Of a stretch of 64,000 nt of DNA, positions 50,213 to 59,181 are shown piece after piece. The stretch comes from Acidobacteriaceae bacterium. GTDB taxonomy: Bacteria > Acidobacteriota > Terriglobia > Terriglobales > Acidobacteriaceae. The position numbers and the translations under genes are program-made. Below the pieces are notes generated by a model. That model ran no database searches, was not told the DNA's origin, and saw only the letters and a program-made list of their open reading frames with translations. The stretch is taken from NCBI GenBank assembly GCA_965199145.1, contig CBDAQH010000002.1, positions 2,146,012-2,210,011 of the forward strand, given 5' to 3'. Position 1 is the first letter of the stretch, and each line of letters begins with the position of its first letter.

Positions 50213-50222
50213 GCGCAGGTGG

Positions 50223-52685
50223 TTACTGGCAAGCCTCGCAACTCTCCGGGTTATCCAGCGAGCACGCAACCGCATCCGTCGGCTTCGCTGTCCCTGCCAA
50301 GCCTGAGGTTGCGAGTGTCGGCGCATTCCCCTGCGCCGCTTGGCCCACCGTCGTCTTCGCAATCCGCGTCGCCGGCCGCGAGCGCAGGTAGTACGTCGTC
50401 TTCACCCCGCTCTTCCACGCATACATGTACATCGAGCTCAGCCTCCCAATATTCGGTGACTCCGCGAACAGGTTCAGTGACTGGGACTGATCGATCCACG
50501 CGCCGCGCGCCGCACCCATATCAATGATCGCGCGCATCGGCAGCTCCCACACCGTGCGGTACTTCAACCGCACATCATCCGGCAGCTCCGTCAAGCCCTG
50601 CACACTGCCCTCGGCCATCTTGATCCGCGTCCGCACGTCGTCGTTCCAGATCCCGCGCCCCTTCAACTCCTCCACCAGGTAGCGGTTGATCTGCAAAAAC
50701 TCACCCGACAAGGTTTCCCGCTTGAACAGGTTCGAAATCTGCGGCTCAATGCACTCGTAGCAGCCCACAATCGAAGCAATCGTCGCCGTCGGCGCAATCG
50801 CAATCAGCAGGGAATTGCGCAGCCCATGCTTTCGGATCCGCTCCTTCAGCACCGACCACCGCGCCAGGTCCTTCGGCACCACGCCCCACAAGTCAAACTG
50901 CAAGTGCCCTTGCGCCGCGCGCGTGTCCGCAAACGCCGGGTGCGGTCCGTTTTTCTCTGCCAGCTCGCAGGAGGCCACCAGCGCGTGGTAGTAAATTTCC
51001 TCCTGAATCCGTGTCGACAGCTCCTGCGCTTCCGGCGCGTCAAACGCCAGGCCCAGCTGGAAAAACACATCCTGCAGCCCCATTACGCCCAGGCCCACCG
51101 GCCGCCACACTGAGTTCGACCCCGAAGCCTGCGGCACCGGGTAGTAGTTAATGTCGATCACCCGATCCAGCATCGGCACCGCCAGCCGCACCGTAGCCGC
51201 CAGCTTCGCAAAATCAAACTGCCCATTCAGCACATGCCGAGCCAGATTGATCGACCCCAGGTTGCACACCGCCGTCTGCTCCTGCGAGGTCACCTCCGTG
51301 ATCTCCGTGCACAGGTTCGAGAGGTGCACAACATTGCCCGGCTTGCCCGTCTGGTTGCAGCGCAGGTTGGTCGTGTCCTTAAACGTCATCCAGCCATTGC
51401 CCGTCTCGGCCAGCGTCCGCATCATGCGCGCATACAGGTCGCGCGCCTTCATCACGCGCACCGCCTTGCCTTCGCGCTCCGCCGCCTCATACGCCTCATC
51501 AAATGCTGGGCCAAACAGGTCCGTCAGGTGCGGCACCACCTTCGGATCAAACAACGACCACTGCCCATCCTGGTCCACCCGCCGCATAAACAGGTCCGGG
51601 ATCCAGTTCGACGTATTCAGGTTATAAGTCCGCCGCGCCCCATCCCCCGTGTTATCCCGCAGCTCCAGAAACGACTCCACATCTGCATGCCACGGCTCCA
51701 GGTACACACATGCCGCGCCCTTGCGCTTGCCGCCCTGGTTCACCGCCGCCACACTCGCGTCCAGCGTCCGCAGCCATGGCACAATCCCGTTTGACAACCC
51801 ATTCGTCGCCCGGATCAGCGAACCCTCCGAGCGTACCCGGTGGAACGCCAGCCCAATCCCGCCCGAGAACTTCGAGAGCAGCGCCACCTGCTTGTACGTG
51901 TCGTAAATCGCATCCAGCGAGTCCGCCGGCGAGTCGATCAGGTAGCAGCTCGACATCTGCGGGTGCTTCGTCCCGGAGTTAAACAGCGTCGGCGACGACG
52001 GCATATAGTCATGCGCTGCCAGCATCTTGTAAAATGGCACTGCCTCGGTGACAGTTAACGCCAGCCCGCACGCCACCCGCAGAAAGAAGTACTGCGGCGT
52101 CTCAATCACCTTGCGCGTAATCGGGTGCCGCAGCAGGTAGCGGTCGTACACTGTCCGCAGCCCAAAATACTCAAACCGGTCGGAGAGTTCATCCTCCACC
52201 GCATTATTCAGCTTGCGTGCATTGTTGCGCACAAACTCCACCGCCGCCTCGCCGATCAGCCCCTGCTCATGCCCCAGCTCAATTGCCTGCGAAAACGAGT
52301 AGATGTTCTGCCCCGCCACTTCCTTCAAAATCGTCGCGTGCAGCAGCCGCGCTGCCAGCTTTGAGTACTCCGGCTCCTCCGCAATCAGCGCCGCCGAGGT
52401 CTGGATCGAGATCGAGTCCAGCTCCCGCGTCGTCGCCCCGTTAAACAGCCCGCCGATCGTCTTCGACGCCACCCGCATCGGGTCAATGTGCGCCAGCCCA
52501 TGGCTCGAGCGCTGCACCGCCTTCACAATCTTGTTCACATCCACCGGCTCCAGCGAGCCATTGCGCTTGCGCACCTGCATCTGCGGCGGCGCTTCCGGTA
52601 GCGGAAAGTCAGGGATCACATCGGCAAGCGTGCTCTGCTGCGAAAGACTCTGCGGGGCTGTTTGCTGCATCTCGAGGTCGGCCAA
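50223..52685 (-). CDS. nrdA: class I ribonucleotide reductase alpha subunit (R1) with N-terminal ATP-cone
   Basis: 820 aa. ATP-cone VRKRNGSLEPVDVNKIVKAV. Catalytic NLCTEI. C-terminal CSLDNPESCEAC cysteine pair. Start is uncertain (TTG 52685 or ATG 52670). Confidence 0.93.
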   Translation of the reverse strand: MADLEMQQTAPQSLSQQSTLADVIPDFPLPEAPPQMQVRKRNGSLEPVDVNKIVKAVQRSSHGLAHIDPMRVASKTIGGLFNGATTRELDSISIQTSAALIAEEPEYSKLAARLLHATILKEVAGQNIYSFSQAIELGHEQGLIGEAAVEFVRNNARKLNNAVEDELSDRFEYFGLRTVYDRYLLRHPITRKVIETPQYFFLRVACGLALTVTEAVPFYKMLAAHDYMPSSPTLFNSGTKHPQMSSCYLIDSPADSLDAIYDTYKQVALLSKFSGGIGLAFHRVRSEGSLIRATNGLSNGIVPWLRTLDASVAAVNQGGKRKGAACVYLEPWHADVESFLELRDNTGDGARRTYNLNTSNWIPDLFMRRVDQDGQWSLFDPKVVPHLTDLFGPAFDEAYEAAEREGKAVRVMKARDLYARMMRTLAETGNGWMTFKDTTNLRCNQTGKPGNVVHLSNLCTEITEVTSQEQTAVCNLGSINLARHVLNGQFDFAKLAATVRLAVPMLDRVIDINYYPVPQASGSNSVWRPVGLGVMGLQDVFFQLGLAFDAPEAQELSTRIQEEIYYHALVASCELAEKNGPHPAFADTRAAQGHLQFDLWGVVPKDLARWSVLKERIRKHGLRNSLLIAIAPTATIASIVGCYECIEPQISNLFKRETLSGEFLQINRYLVEELKGRGIWNDDVRTRIKMAEGSVQGLTELPDDVRLKYRTVWELPMRAIIDMGAARGAWIDQSQSLNLFAESPNIGRLSSMYMYAWKSGVKTTYYLRSRPATRIAKTTVGQAAQGNAPTLATSGLAGTAKPTDAVACSLDNPESCEACQ

Positions 52686-52845
52686 TTGGGTCTCATTTCT
52701 GCCCGCCGGCCTCAGGCCCTTGGGCTGTTATCGCGTTCCATGTAGCGTGCCGAGCCGTTCTCAAAGCGGCGGCCCATCCAGTCGTGCACTTCTTCAGCAA
52801 AACCGTCTCAGGCCACAACCATTTGCGTGCGCCTTCGATGTGTTC

Positions 52846-52861
52846 CCACTATATCTTGTGT
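52846..52861 (-). promoter_or_regulatory. candidate NrdR box upstream of nrdA
   Basis: The gene strand reads ACACAAGATATAGTGG. That is 14 of 16 matches to the NrdR-box palindrome as I recall it (acaCwAtATaTwGtgt). It lies 161-176 nt upstream of the ORF start. A much weaker ACA..GTG element is centred 31 bp downstream (52815-52830). Confidence 0.4.
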
Positions 52862-53048
52862 TCTTTCCTCGCCCCGCCCCAACCTGCTGTGTAAAACGTG
52901 GGACAGATTCTGGAAGTAACCTTCCCGTCAACAAGACCATCAGCAAGAGGGGAACCACTACACTTTCGCATTCTATTCGCCTTTTCTCGCCTGCGTACAG
53001 CAATCCTCTTGTGGGAATCTATTTCCCACCCCTGAGACGAACGCCAAC

Positions 53049-54191
53049 TCATCCACCAAATCCCTCCCACACGTACTCCAGCGCCTCCGGCAGCGTTTGC
53101 GCCTTCACCGCCCCATCCACATGCCCTCCATTCCGCGCAAACACAAACTCGTACCGGTATCCCTTCGCCGCCAGCACCCGCGCCATGCGCTCATTCGCCT
53201 CCACCCAGTCATGCATTCCGTCCCGCATCCCGTTCGGGTTCCGTAGGTCGCGGTCGCCCACCTCCATCCATAGCCGGATCGGCTTCCGCGCCGTCCCCGG
53301 AATCAACTCCGTATGGAACCCCCACGCCCCCTGCGGCGTACGCGCGTCAAACGGCCACTGCTGGTTCACAAACGTCCCGGAGTAGCTCAGCACCCGGTGG
53401 TACCACTCCGGGTGGTACCAGGCCATCGTCAGCGCGCACGCCGCCCCTGACGACCCGCCCATCGCCGCCCGTCCCTCCGGGTCCTTTGTCAGCCGCACAT
53501 GCGCCTCGCGCTCCACCCGCGGCAGCACCTCCTGCTCCACAAACTCGGCGTACCGGCCGCTCATCGTGTCATATTCCAGCCCGCGCTCACTGCCCTGCGC
53601 ATCGCCCCCGCCGTTCCCAATCGACACAGCCACCATCGCCGGTACCCGGTGCTCCGCAAGGAGGTTGTCTAGCACCGTAAACAGCAGCGGATCCGGCCCA
53701 TCCATCTCCACCAGCAGCGGCGCAGCCGTCCCCGCCACATACCCTTCTGGCACATACACGGTGACAGTTCGCACATAGCCCTGCGCGTGGCTCGTCGGCA
53801 CATCAAGCTTGGCCGGATCTGCCGCGTCCGGCGTTCCAAACGTCCCCGGCGTCCGCGCAATCCCCGGGAACAACCGGCTCTCCCGCGAGTCCATCGTGAA
53901 CCGCACCAGCCGACCCCGCGGCACCCCCGGCTGCACCACCGACTCCCGCGCCCCCGGATGCGTCGGGCCCAGCACAAAGTTCCCATCTGGCAGCCTGCCG
54001 TTCTGGAAGTGTCCAGTACGCCCCGCCCCCGGCACACTCCCATCAGGCAGCTCCATGGCCTGTACGTAGCCTGCACTGTGCGGGTCCCTGGCCGGGTAGT
54101 TGCTTCCGGGGGTCCCAGGCGGCACGGCCAGGGTAAACAGCGGAAGAAGCGGCGAAAGAAGCGGCGGAAGAAGCAGAGGGTGGAGTCGCAT
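53049..54191 (-). CDS. secreted esterase, enterochelin-esterase-like (esterase D/Fes family alpha/beta hydrolase)
   Basis: 380 aa with signal MRLHPLLLPPLLSPLLPLFTLAVP. Also VTVYVPEGY, EYDTMSGRYAEFVEQEVLPRV and nucleophile region AMGGSSGAACAL. Confidence 0.75.
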   Translation of the reverse strand: MRLHPLLLPPLLSPLLPLFTLAVPPGTPGSNYPARDPHSAGYVQAMELPDGSVPGAGRTGHFQNGRLPDGNFVLGPTHPGARESVVQPGVPRGRLVRFTMDSRESRLFPGIARTPGTFGTPDAADPAKLDVPTSHAQGYVRTVTVYVPEGYVAGTAAPLLVEMDGPDPLLFTVLDNLLAEHRVPAMVAVSIGNGGGDAQGSERGLEYDTMSGRYAEFVEQEVLPRVEREAHVRLTKDPEGRAAMGGSSGAACALTMAWYHPEWYHRVLSYSGTFVNQQWPFDARTPQGAWGFHTELIPGTARKPIRLWMEVGDRDLRNPNGMRDGMHDWVEANERMARVLAAKGYRYEFVFARNGGHVDGAVKAQTLPEALEYVWEGFGG

Positions 54192-54465
54192 CGCGCCATC
54201 CTACCCGAGCCTTCGCGTCAAGGAACAGCGGGGCCCACTCGGTAGTGGCTCAGGCTCAGCCTGCAAGGCGTTGCGGCAAGCTGGACGGCCTAAGACCATA
54301 GGGCGGGGCGTCTGGGGGCTGCGCCCTCCCGTGCACAGACTGGATGGTGTCGTACGAGTCGGGCAAGCGTCAGATTCCGGTATAGCAACCCGATCACGGG
54401 CATCAGCCCCCTTGCAACCTGACCCACTCTCAAGACCTGCGGGCAGTCTTCGCTAGATCTGATCT

Positions 54466-55362
54466 GTGCCTCGCATCCCAATCGCCATGGCCCCACCCCC
54501 AACCCAAGGGCGCTCCCTGCTGGTCCTCGGCCTCGCCGCCACCGCCGGCTCGCTCGACAGCTGGAGCTACTTCGGCCCCGCTCACGTCTTTGTCGCCAAC
54601 ATGACCGGCAATACCGTCGTCCTCGGCTACTCGCTGGGAACAGGGAACTGGCCGCACGCTAAAGCCTCTGCACTGGCCATCGGCAGCTACCTCCTCGGCG
54701 TCTTCGCCGCCTCCTGCTTCACCGGCCCCATCCGCGCTTCCACGGCTTCTCCCCAGCACGAAGCCCACCCCGCCCCGGCTGGTTCTGATTCGGCAGCCCC
54801 GCCACATTCCCGCACGCCCGGGTCACCCGCCGCCGCATTCGACCGCACCAACCTCTTGCTCGCCTGTGAGCTCTCGCTGGTCCTCGCCAGCGCCCTGCTT
54901 ACAGCCCTCGCCCCGCCAAACCTGCAGCCGCACGGAAACCCGCACTTGCATCCGCACTTCGAGCCGTATCTCCGGCCCCTCCTGCTCTCCCTCGCCGCAG
55001 TCGCCGTTGGCGTCCAGAGCGCCACCATGCTCGCCCTGGAGCTCCCCGGCATCGTCACCACCTACATCACCGGTACCTGGACCACCATGACCGCCACCCT
55101 CGCCCACCTCCTGCAACCGGTTCGCTCCAGCGACCCGGCAGGCAAGCCGCCGCCCGTTCTCTGGGCGCAGCTCCGCAGTCAGGCCGCCCTGCTCTTCGTC
55201 TATTGCAGCGCAGCCGCCTTGTCCGGAGCCCTCCGCCGCCTCAGCCATCCCGCCCACCCAGCTTTCGCCCCCGACGCCTGGCTTCCGGCCTGCACCCTCA
55301 CCCTGGTCGTCATAGACGCTCTCTGCCGCCAGCCCCGCAGTCTCCGGGAAGAATCATCCTGA
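54466..55362 (+). CDS. DUF1275 (YoaK-like) integral membrane protein
   Basis: 298 aa. GSLDSWSYFGPAHVFVANMTGNTVVLG is typical of the family. It has a Pro/Ala-rich internal loop. Start is GTG 54466 or ATG 54487. Confidence 0.7.
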   Translation: MPRIPIAMAPPPTQGRSLLVLGLAATAGSLDSWSYFGPAHVFVANMTGNTVVLGYSLGTGNWPHAKASALAIGSYLLGVFAASCFTGPIRASTASPQHEAHPAPAGSDSAAPPHSRTPGSPAAAFDRTNLLLACELSLVLASALLTALAPPNLQPHGNPHLHPHFEPYLRPLLLSLAAVAVGVQSATMLALELPGIVTTYITGTWTTMTATLAHLLQPVRSSDPAGKPPPVLWAQLRSQAALLFVYCSAAALSGALRRLSHPAHPAFAPDAWLPACTLTLVVIDALCRQPRSLREESS

Positions 55363-55440
55363 ATGCAGCGCGACGAGTAGGTAGCGCTCCCCGCCAAAGT
55401 ATCTCGTGTGCCTCTTCGACCGCAGCTTACAGACCAGGTG

Positions 55441-55565
55441 CTCCAGGTCTAGCCCTCGAGACCTGGGCAAAGTGAACTCACGCCCACACAGCCCTGCCAC
55501 TCCCCGAGAGCAGGCATCCTGAGCGAAGTCGGCAGCGCTTTGCGGCGAAAGGGATTCGTGCTTCC
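55441..55565 (+). repeat. composite A+B repeat copy
   Basis: TCCAGGTCT-AGCCCTCG-AGACCTGGG plus tail CAAAGTGAACTC. The B box GCATCCTGAGCGAAGTCGGCAGCGCTTTGCGGCGAAAGGGATTC starts at 55514. Confidence 0.7.
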
Positions 55566-55591
55566 TATACAGATCGATGGACCGAACAGCC

Positions 55592-57448
55592 TCAAAGCCT
55601 AGGTTCTTCAACGCTGCCCGGCCGGCTAGGCCTCACAAAGGTCGGCCGCACCCGTTTCATTCCGCCCGCAAACCGCACCAGCAAGTTCTCCCCATCCCGT
55701 TCCACTACACGCCCCGGCCCAAACTTCGCATGCTTCACAACGTCTCCCGCCGCAAAGCCCGGCTCCTCCCGCGGCAGCACCGTCTCCGGTGCCGTGGTCA
55801 CAATCGCCCCTGTTGCCGTCTCCAGTACCGTCACGGCCTGCGCATCCTCCCGCACACTACGCGGCAGCTCCACCTCGCGCTGATCGCTGCCCGCTTCCCC
55901 CGCCTCGCAGTTGTCGCAGTGCCCACACGGCGCGCCCGCATCCTCGCCGAAATACTCTCGCAGCAGCTGCTTTCGGCACCGCGCGCTCTCTGCATAGCGC
56001 ATCATCTCGCCCAACCGGTGCCGGTCTTCCTCCGCTCGCTCTTTGAACTCGTTCACCAGCGCCAGCAGGTCGTTATCCGCCACATTCTCCTGCACCCGCA
56101 CATACCCCCGCGCCGTCCTCCGCACCAGCCCCGCATCCTTCAGGATGTACAGGATCGCCTGCACCCTTCGCCTGCCCACCCCCGCGTCTTCCGCTCCACC
56201 CGCAGCCTCTTGGGTCCGCTCGGCGACAGCCTCCACCGTACCCGGCCGGTCCAACGCCCCCAGCACCGCGCACAGCTCCTCCCGTCGCGGATACCGGCCT
56301 ATCAGAAAGAACCGCTGGATCCGCTTGTCCTCCAGCCGGTACAGCAGCACCGCCTTGGCCGGCTCCCCGTCACGTCCCGCGCGCCCTGCCTCCTGGTAGT
56401 AGCTCTCCAGCGAGTCCGGAAACTCATAGTGGTACACAAATCGAATATCCGGCTTATCTATCCCCATACCAAACGCCTTGGTCGCGATCAGCACCCTGTA
56501 CTCCCCCGCCATAAAGCGCTCCTGCATCGCCTCACGCTCGCGGGTCGGCAGCTTGCCGTGGTAGCGGCCCACCGTCACATCGTTGTTCGCAAACCACTCC
56601 GCCAGCTCCGTCGCCGTCTTCACGCTCGCCGTATAAATGATCCCGGAGCCCTCTTCTGCCGCCACCATCTCGGCCACGCGCTTCAGCTTGGTCTCCTTGT
56701 TCACCGTGTGGTGCACCATAAAGCGCAGGTTCTCGCGCTCCGTCCCGGTGTTCACCACCACCGCATCGGTCGCCCGCATCTGCCCCAGCATGTCTTCGAT
56801 CACCGGCGCGGTCGCGGTCGCGGTCAGCAGCAGCACCGGCGGGTTCCCCAGCTGCTCCCGCGCATACCCCAATCCCATATAGGCCGGCCGAAAATCATGC
56901 CCCCATTGTGAAATGCAGTGCGCCTCATCGACCGCCAGCAGGCTTATACCGGTATGCTTCAGCTGCTCCAGAAACTCCCGATTCTCCAGCCGCTCCGGCG
57001 TCACATACAGCAGCTGTGCCGAGCCTTCGGCAATATGCGCCTCCGCCTCTGCCTTCTCCTCGGCGTTCAGGGTCGAGTCCAGCTTCTCCACCGCGATCTC
57101 CGCCTCTTCCGCCTTCTGTTTCTGGTCTTCCATCAGCGCAATCAGCGGCGACACCACCACCACCGGCTTCGGCAGAAACAGCGCCGGCAGCTGGTAGCAA
57201 AGGCTCTTGCCCGAGCCGGTCGGCATCAGCGCCAGCACATCCCGCCCCGCAAAGATCGCCTCCATCACCTCCCGCTGCCCCGGCCGCAAGCGCTCAATCC
57301 CAAACCGCTCGCGCGCCGTCCCCAGCACCCGCCCCCAAAGCGCCTTTCTCTTTGCTGCCCCGGCGGTCGCTTTGCCCGCCTTGCCCCGCTCTTCCGCCCG
57401 CCCGCCTGCCGCTCTGCTCATCCTCTTTTGGATGCCAGGCGCTGGCAC
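55592..57448 (-). CDS. recQ: ATP-dependent DNA helicase RecQ
   Basis: 618 aa with LRPGQREVMEAI, MPTGSGKSLCYQLPAL and VDEAHCISQWGHDFRP, plus a Zn/RQC region CRKQLLREYFGED...CGHCDNC. Start is uncertain (GTG 57448 or ATG 57421). Confidence 0.92.
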   Translation of the reverse strand: MPAPGIQKRMSRAAGGRAEERGKAGKATAGAAKRKALWGRVLGTARERFGIERLRPGQREVMEAIFAGRDVLALMPTGSGKSLCYQLPALFLPKPVVVVSPLIALMEDQKQKAEEAEIAVEKLDSTLNAEEKAEAEAHIAEGSAQLLYVTPERLENREFLEQLKHTGISLLAVDEAHCISQWGHDFRPAYMGLGYAREQLGNPPVLLLTATATAPVIEDMLGQMRATDAVVVNTGTERENLRFMVHHTVNKETKLKRVAEMVAAEEGSGIIYTASVKTATELAEWFANNDVTVGRYHGKLPTREREAMQERFMAGEYRVLIATKAFGMGIDKPDIRFVYHYEFPDSLESYYQEAGRAGRDGEPAKAVLLYRLEDKRIQRFFLIGRYPRREELCAVLGALDRPGTVEAVAERTQEAAGGAEDAGVGRRRVQAILYILKDAGLVRRTARGYVRVQENVADNDLLALVNEFKERAEEDRHRLGEMMRYAESARCRKQLLREYFGEDAGAPCGHCDNCEAGEAGSDQREVELPRSVREDAQAVTVLETATGAIVTTAPETVLPREEPGFAAGDVVKHAKFGPGRVVERDGENLLVRFAGGMKRVRPTFVRPSRPGSVEEPRL

Positions 57449-57474
57449 CCCAGGTCTCGCCTCGGAGACCCGGG
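57448..57474 (+). repeat. family-A hairpin repeat
   Basis: CCCCAGGTCTC-GCCTCG-GAGACCCGGG (one A.C mismatch) plus tail CAAAGCAAGCTCAC. Confidence 0.65.
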
Positions 57475-57533
57475 CAAAGCAAGCTCACGCGGTCCACCCA
57501 GCTTCCAGTCCTGGAAGCAACCCTCAGCAGCAC

Positions 57534-58091
57534 CTACCCCCGGAGCGCTGCCGGCGGCACAACCACCTCCACCTTCCCCGTTTCCACGTCATACACCAGG
57601 CCAGACACAATCCACTCCCCCGGCAAGGCCTGCACCTGCCGCAGCGCCTGCACATCCACAGCAACAGCCGTCCGAGGATCACCCACAGCCTTCTCCTCGA
57701 GCGCCCCCTCCGAAACCTGAAAGAACTGGGCCAGCAAGGCAGGGTCGCCCGTCAGCCGGGTAATGCCGCAGTCCGTATGCTGCAGCACAATCAGGTGGAA
57801 CGGGCCGCCGCCTCCAGGCACTCCGCCCGCCACCTCACCGATCCGCCCCAGCAAGCCCATCTGCGCCAGCAACCCCGGCGTAACTCGCCCCCCGATGTTC
57901 CGCATCACCACGGCCTCTCCCGGTTCGAGCCCAAGTACGTGCACAGGGTCCACGCGCATGTCCGCGCACCCAATCACAATCGCCTTGACCTCCGGCATCG
58001 CCGCGGCCAGCGATGGCCTCAATTTGCCGGCACCCGCCTGCTGTGCGGCAAAGCTCCTGTTTCTCTCTAACATCTCGTCCAAAGCGCTCAT
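57534..58091 (-). CDS. beta-class carbonic anhydrase
   Basis: 185 aa with zinc-ligand motifs GCADMRVDP (CxDxR) and QHTDCG (HxxC). Confidence 0.85.
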   Translation of the reverse strand: MSALDEMLERNRSFAAQQAGAGKLRPSLAAAMPEVKAIVIGCADMRVDPVHVLGLEPGEAVVMRNIGGRVTPGLLAQMGLLGRIGEVAGGVPGGGGPFHLIVLQHTDCGITRLTGDPALLAQFFQVSEGALEEKAVGDPRTAVAVDVQALRQVQALPGEWIVSGLVYDVETGKVEVVVPPAALRG

Positions 58092-58186
58092 CCCTGTTCA
58101 CCTCGGCCATAAGACAGAGCTCCGCAACCCAACGCTTCACAAAGGTCACCAGGCCCTCCCGTACGCCGGTACGCCCGCTCCCAAAC

Positions 58187-58294
58187 CTCCAGGTCTCGCC
58201 TCTAAGCCCCGGCAAAGCAAGCTCCCACGAAACCACATACTTCACCGCACCATAAGAGGGTCATCCTGAGCAAAGCGAAGGATCTGCTTTTGCC
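58187..58294 (+). repeat. composite A+B repeat copy (short B form)
   Basis: CTCCAGGTCTC-GCCTCT-AAGCCCCGG plus tail CAAAGCAAGCTCCC. The B box GTCATCCTGAGCAAAGCGAAGGATCTGC starts at 58260. Confidence 0.65.
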
Positions 58295-58323
58295 TTACGC
58301 GACCGCGCCCACACATCCGGCCT

Positions 58324-58452
58324 CCCCAGGTCTCGCCTCTGAGACCTGGGACAAAGCAAGCGCCCGCCCGGCCTTCCCAGTCCACCTCACCCCGCAAGCT
58401 CCATCCCGAGCGAAGCCGCTTGCGCTCCGCGCCAAAGGGTCTGCTGTCCCGA
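58324..58452 (+). repeat. composite A+B repeat copy (best-preserved)
   Basis: CCCCAGGTCTC (58324-58334), loop GCCTCT, GAGACCTGGG (58341-58350), tail ACAAAGCAAGCG. The B box CCATCCCGAGCGAAGCCGCTTGCGCTCCGCGCCAAAGGGTCTGC starts at 58401. Confidence 0.75.
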
Positions 58453-58480
58453 CTGAACCATCCCCGCTATCATCCCCGCA

Positions 58481-59092
58481 GTGATCCTCCACCGCCTCCG
58501 CGAAGAAACCAGACCCCAGCACCAGGCCCTCGAAGCCGCCCTCCCGCTCGGCCGCCCCGGTCTTGATCTCTCCAAAGACCCCACCCTCTACCGCGCCCTG
58601 CTCCTCCGTTTCTGGGGTTTCTACGTCACCTGGGAGGCTGAAGCCGCCCAGCACGCCACCCCCACGCTCGCCCACGTCCTCGCCGCGCGCCGCAAGCTCC
58701 CCCTGCTTACCGCCGACCTCGCAACCCTCGGCGCAGACCCCACAGCCGCCCCGCGCCTCCACCCCGCCGCCCTCCCGTCCTTCCACGACAATCCCGCCGC
58801 CCTGCTCGGCTCCATGTACGTCGTTGAAGGCTCCACCCTCGGCGGCCAGCTCATCAGCCGGGAGCTCGAGTGCGCCGGCAGCTTCCGCCACGGTTGCGGC
58901 TACAGCTTCTTCCAGGGCTACGGCGCGGCTACCGGTAGGCAATGGCGCAGCTTCACCCTCCTTCTGGAGTCCGCTCCTCCCGGCCAGGCCGACTGCATCG
59001 TCGCCGCCGCGCAACACACCTTTTCCGCCTTCGCCGGCTGGTTCGCGCCTTTTTCTCGTACGGCTCCCGGAGACGACCAAGTACCCCGGTGA
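58481..59092 (+). CDS. bphO: biliverdin-producing heme oxygenase (BphO-type)
   Basis: 203 aa, GTG start. LREETRPQHQALEAAL and YVVEGSTLGGQ are heme-oxygenase helices. It lies immediately upstream of a bacteriophytochrome. Confidence 0.8.
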   Translation: MILHRLREETRPQHQALEAALPLGRPGLDLSKDPTLYRALLLRFWGFYVTWEAEAAQHATPTLAHVLAARRKLPLLTADLATLGADPTAAPRLHPAALPSFHDNPAALLGSMYVVEGSTLGGQLISRELECAGSFRHGCGYSFFQGYGAATGRQWRSFTLLLESAPPGQADCIVAAAQHTFSAFAGWFAPFSRTAPGDDQVPR

Positions 59093-59181
59093 CCCGCGCC
59101 CCTGCAGGGGCAAGCTGCCGATGCCGTCACCCGCGGCATCCGATAGGGAAAGCCACACCGCAGGCAGGGCAAGGACGCACC

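Noticed and set aside
52686-53048. Cobalamin riboswitch or small ORFs upstream of nrdA
   Set aside because: No B12-box-like sequence was seen, and this is a class I RNR. ORFs 52794..53003 and 52849..53070 have no start context and odd composition.
55577-56911. 444-aa plus-strand ORF
   Set aside because: It is antisense to recQ and extremely Arg/Pro/His/Leu-rich. The recQ frame has all the helicase motifs.
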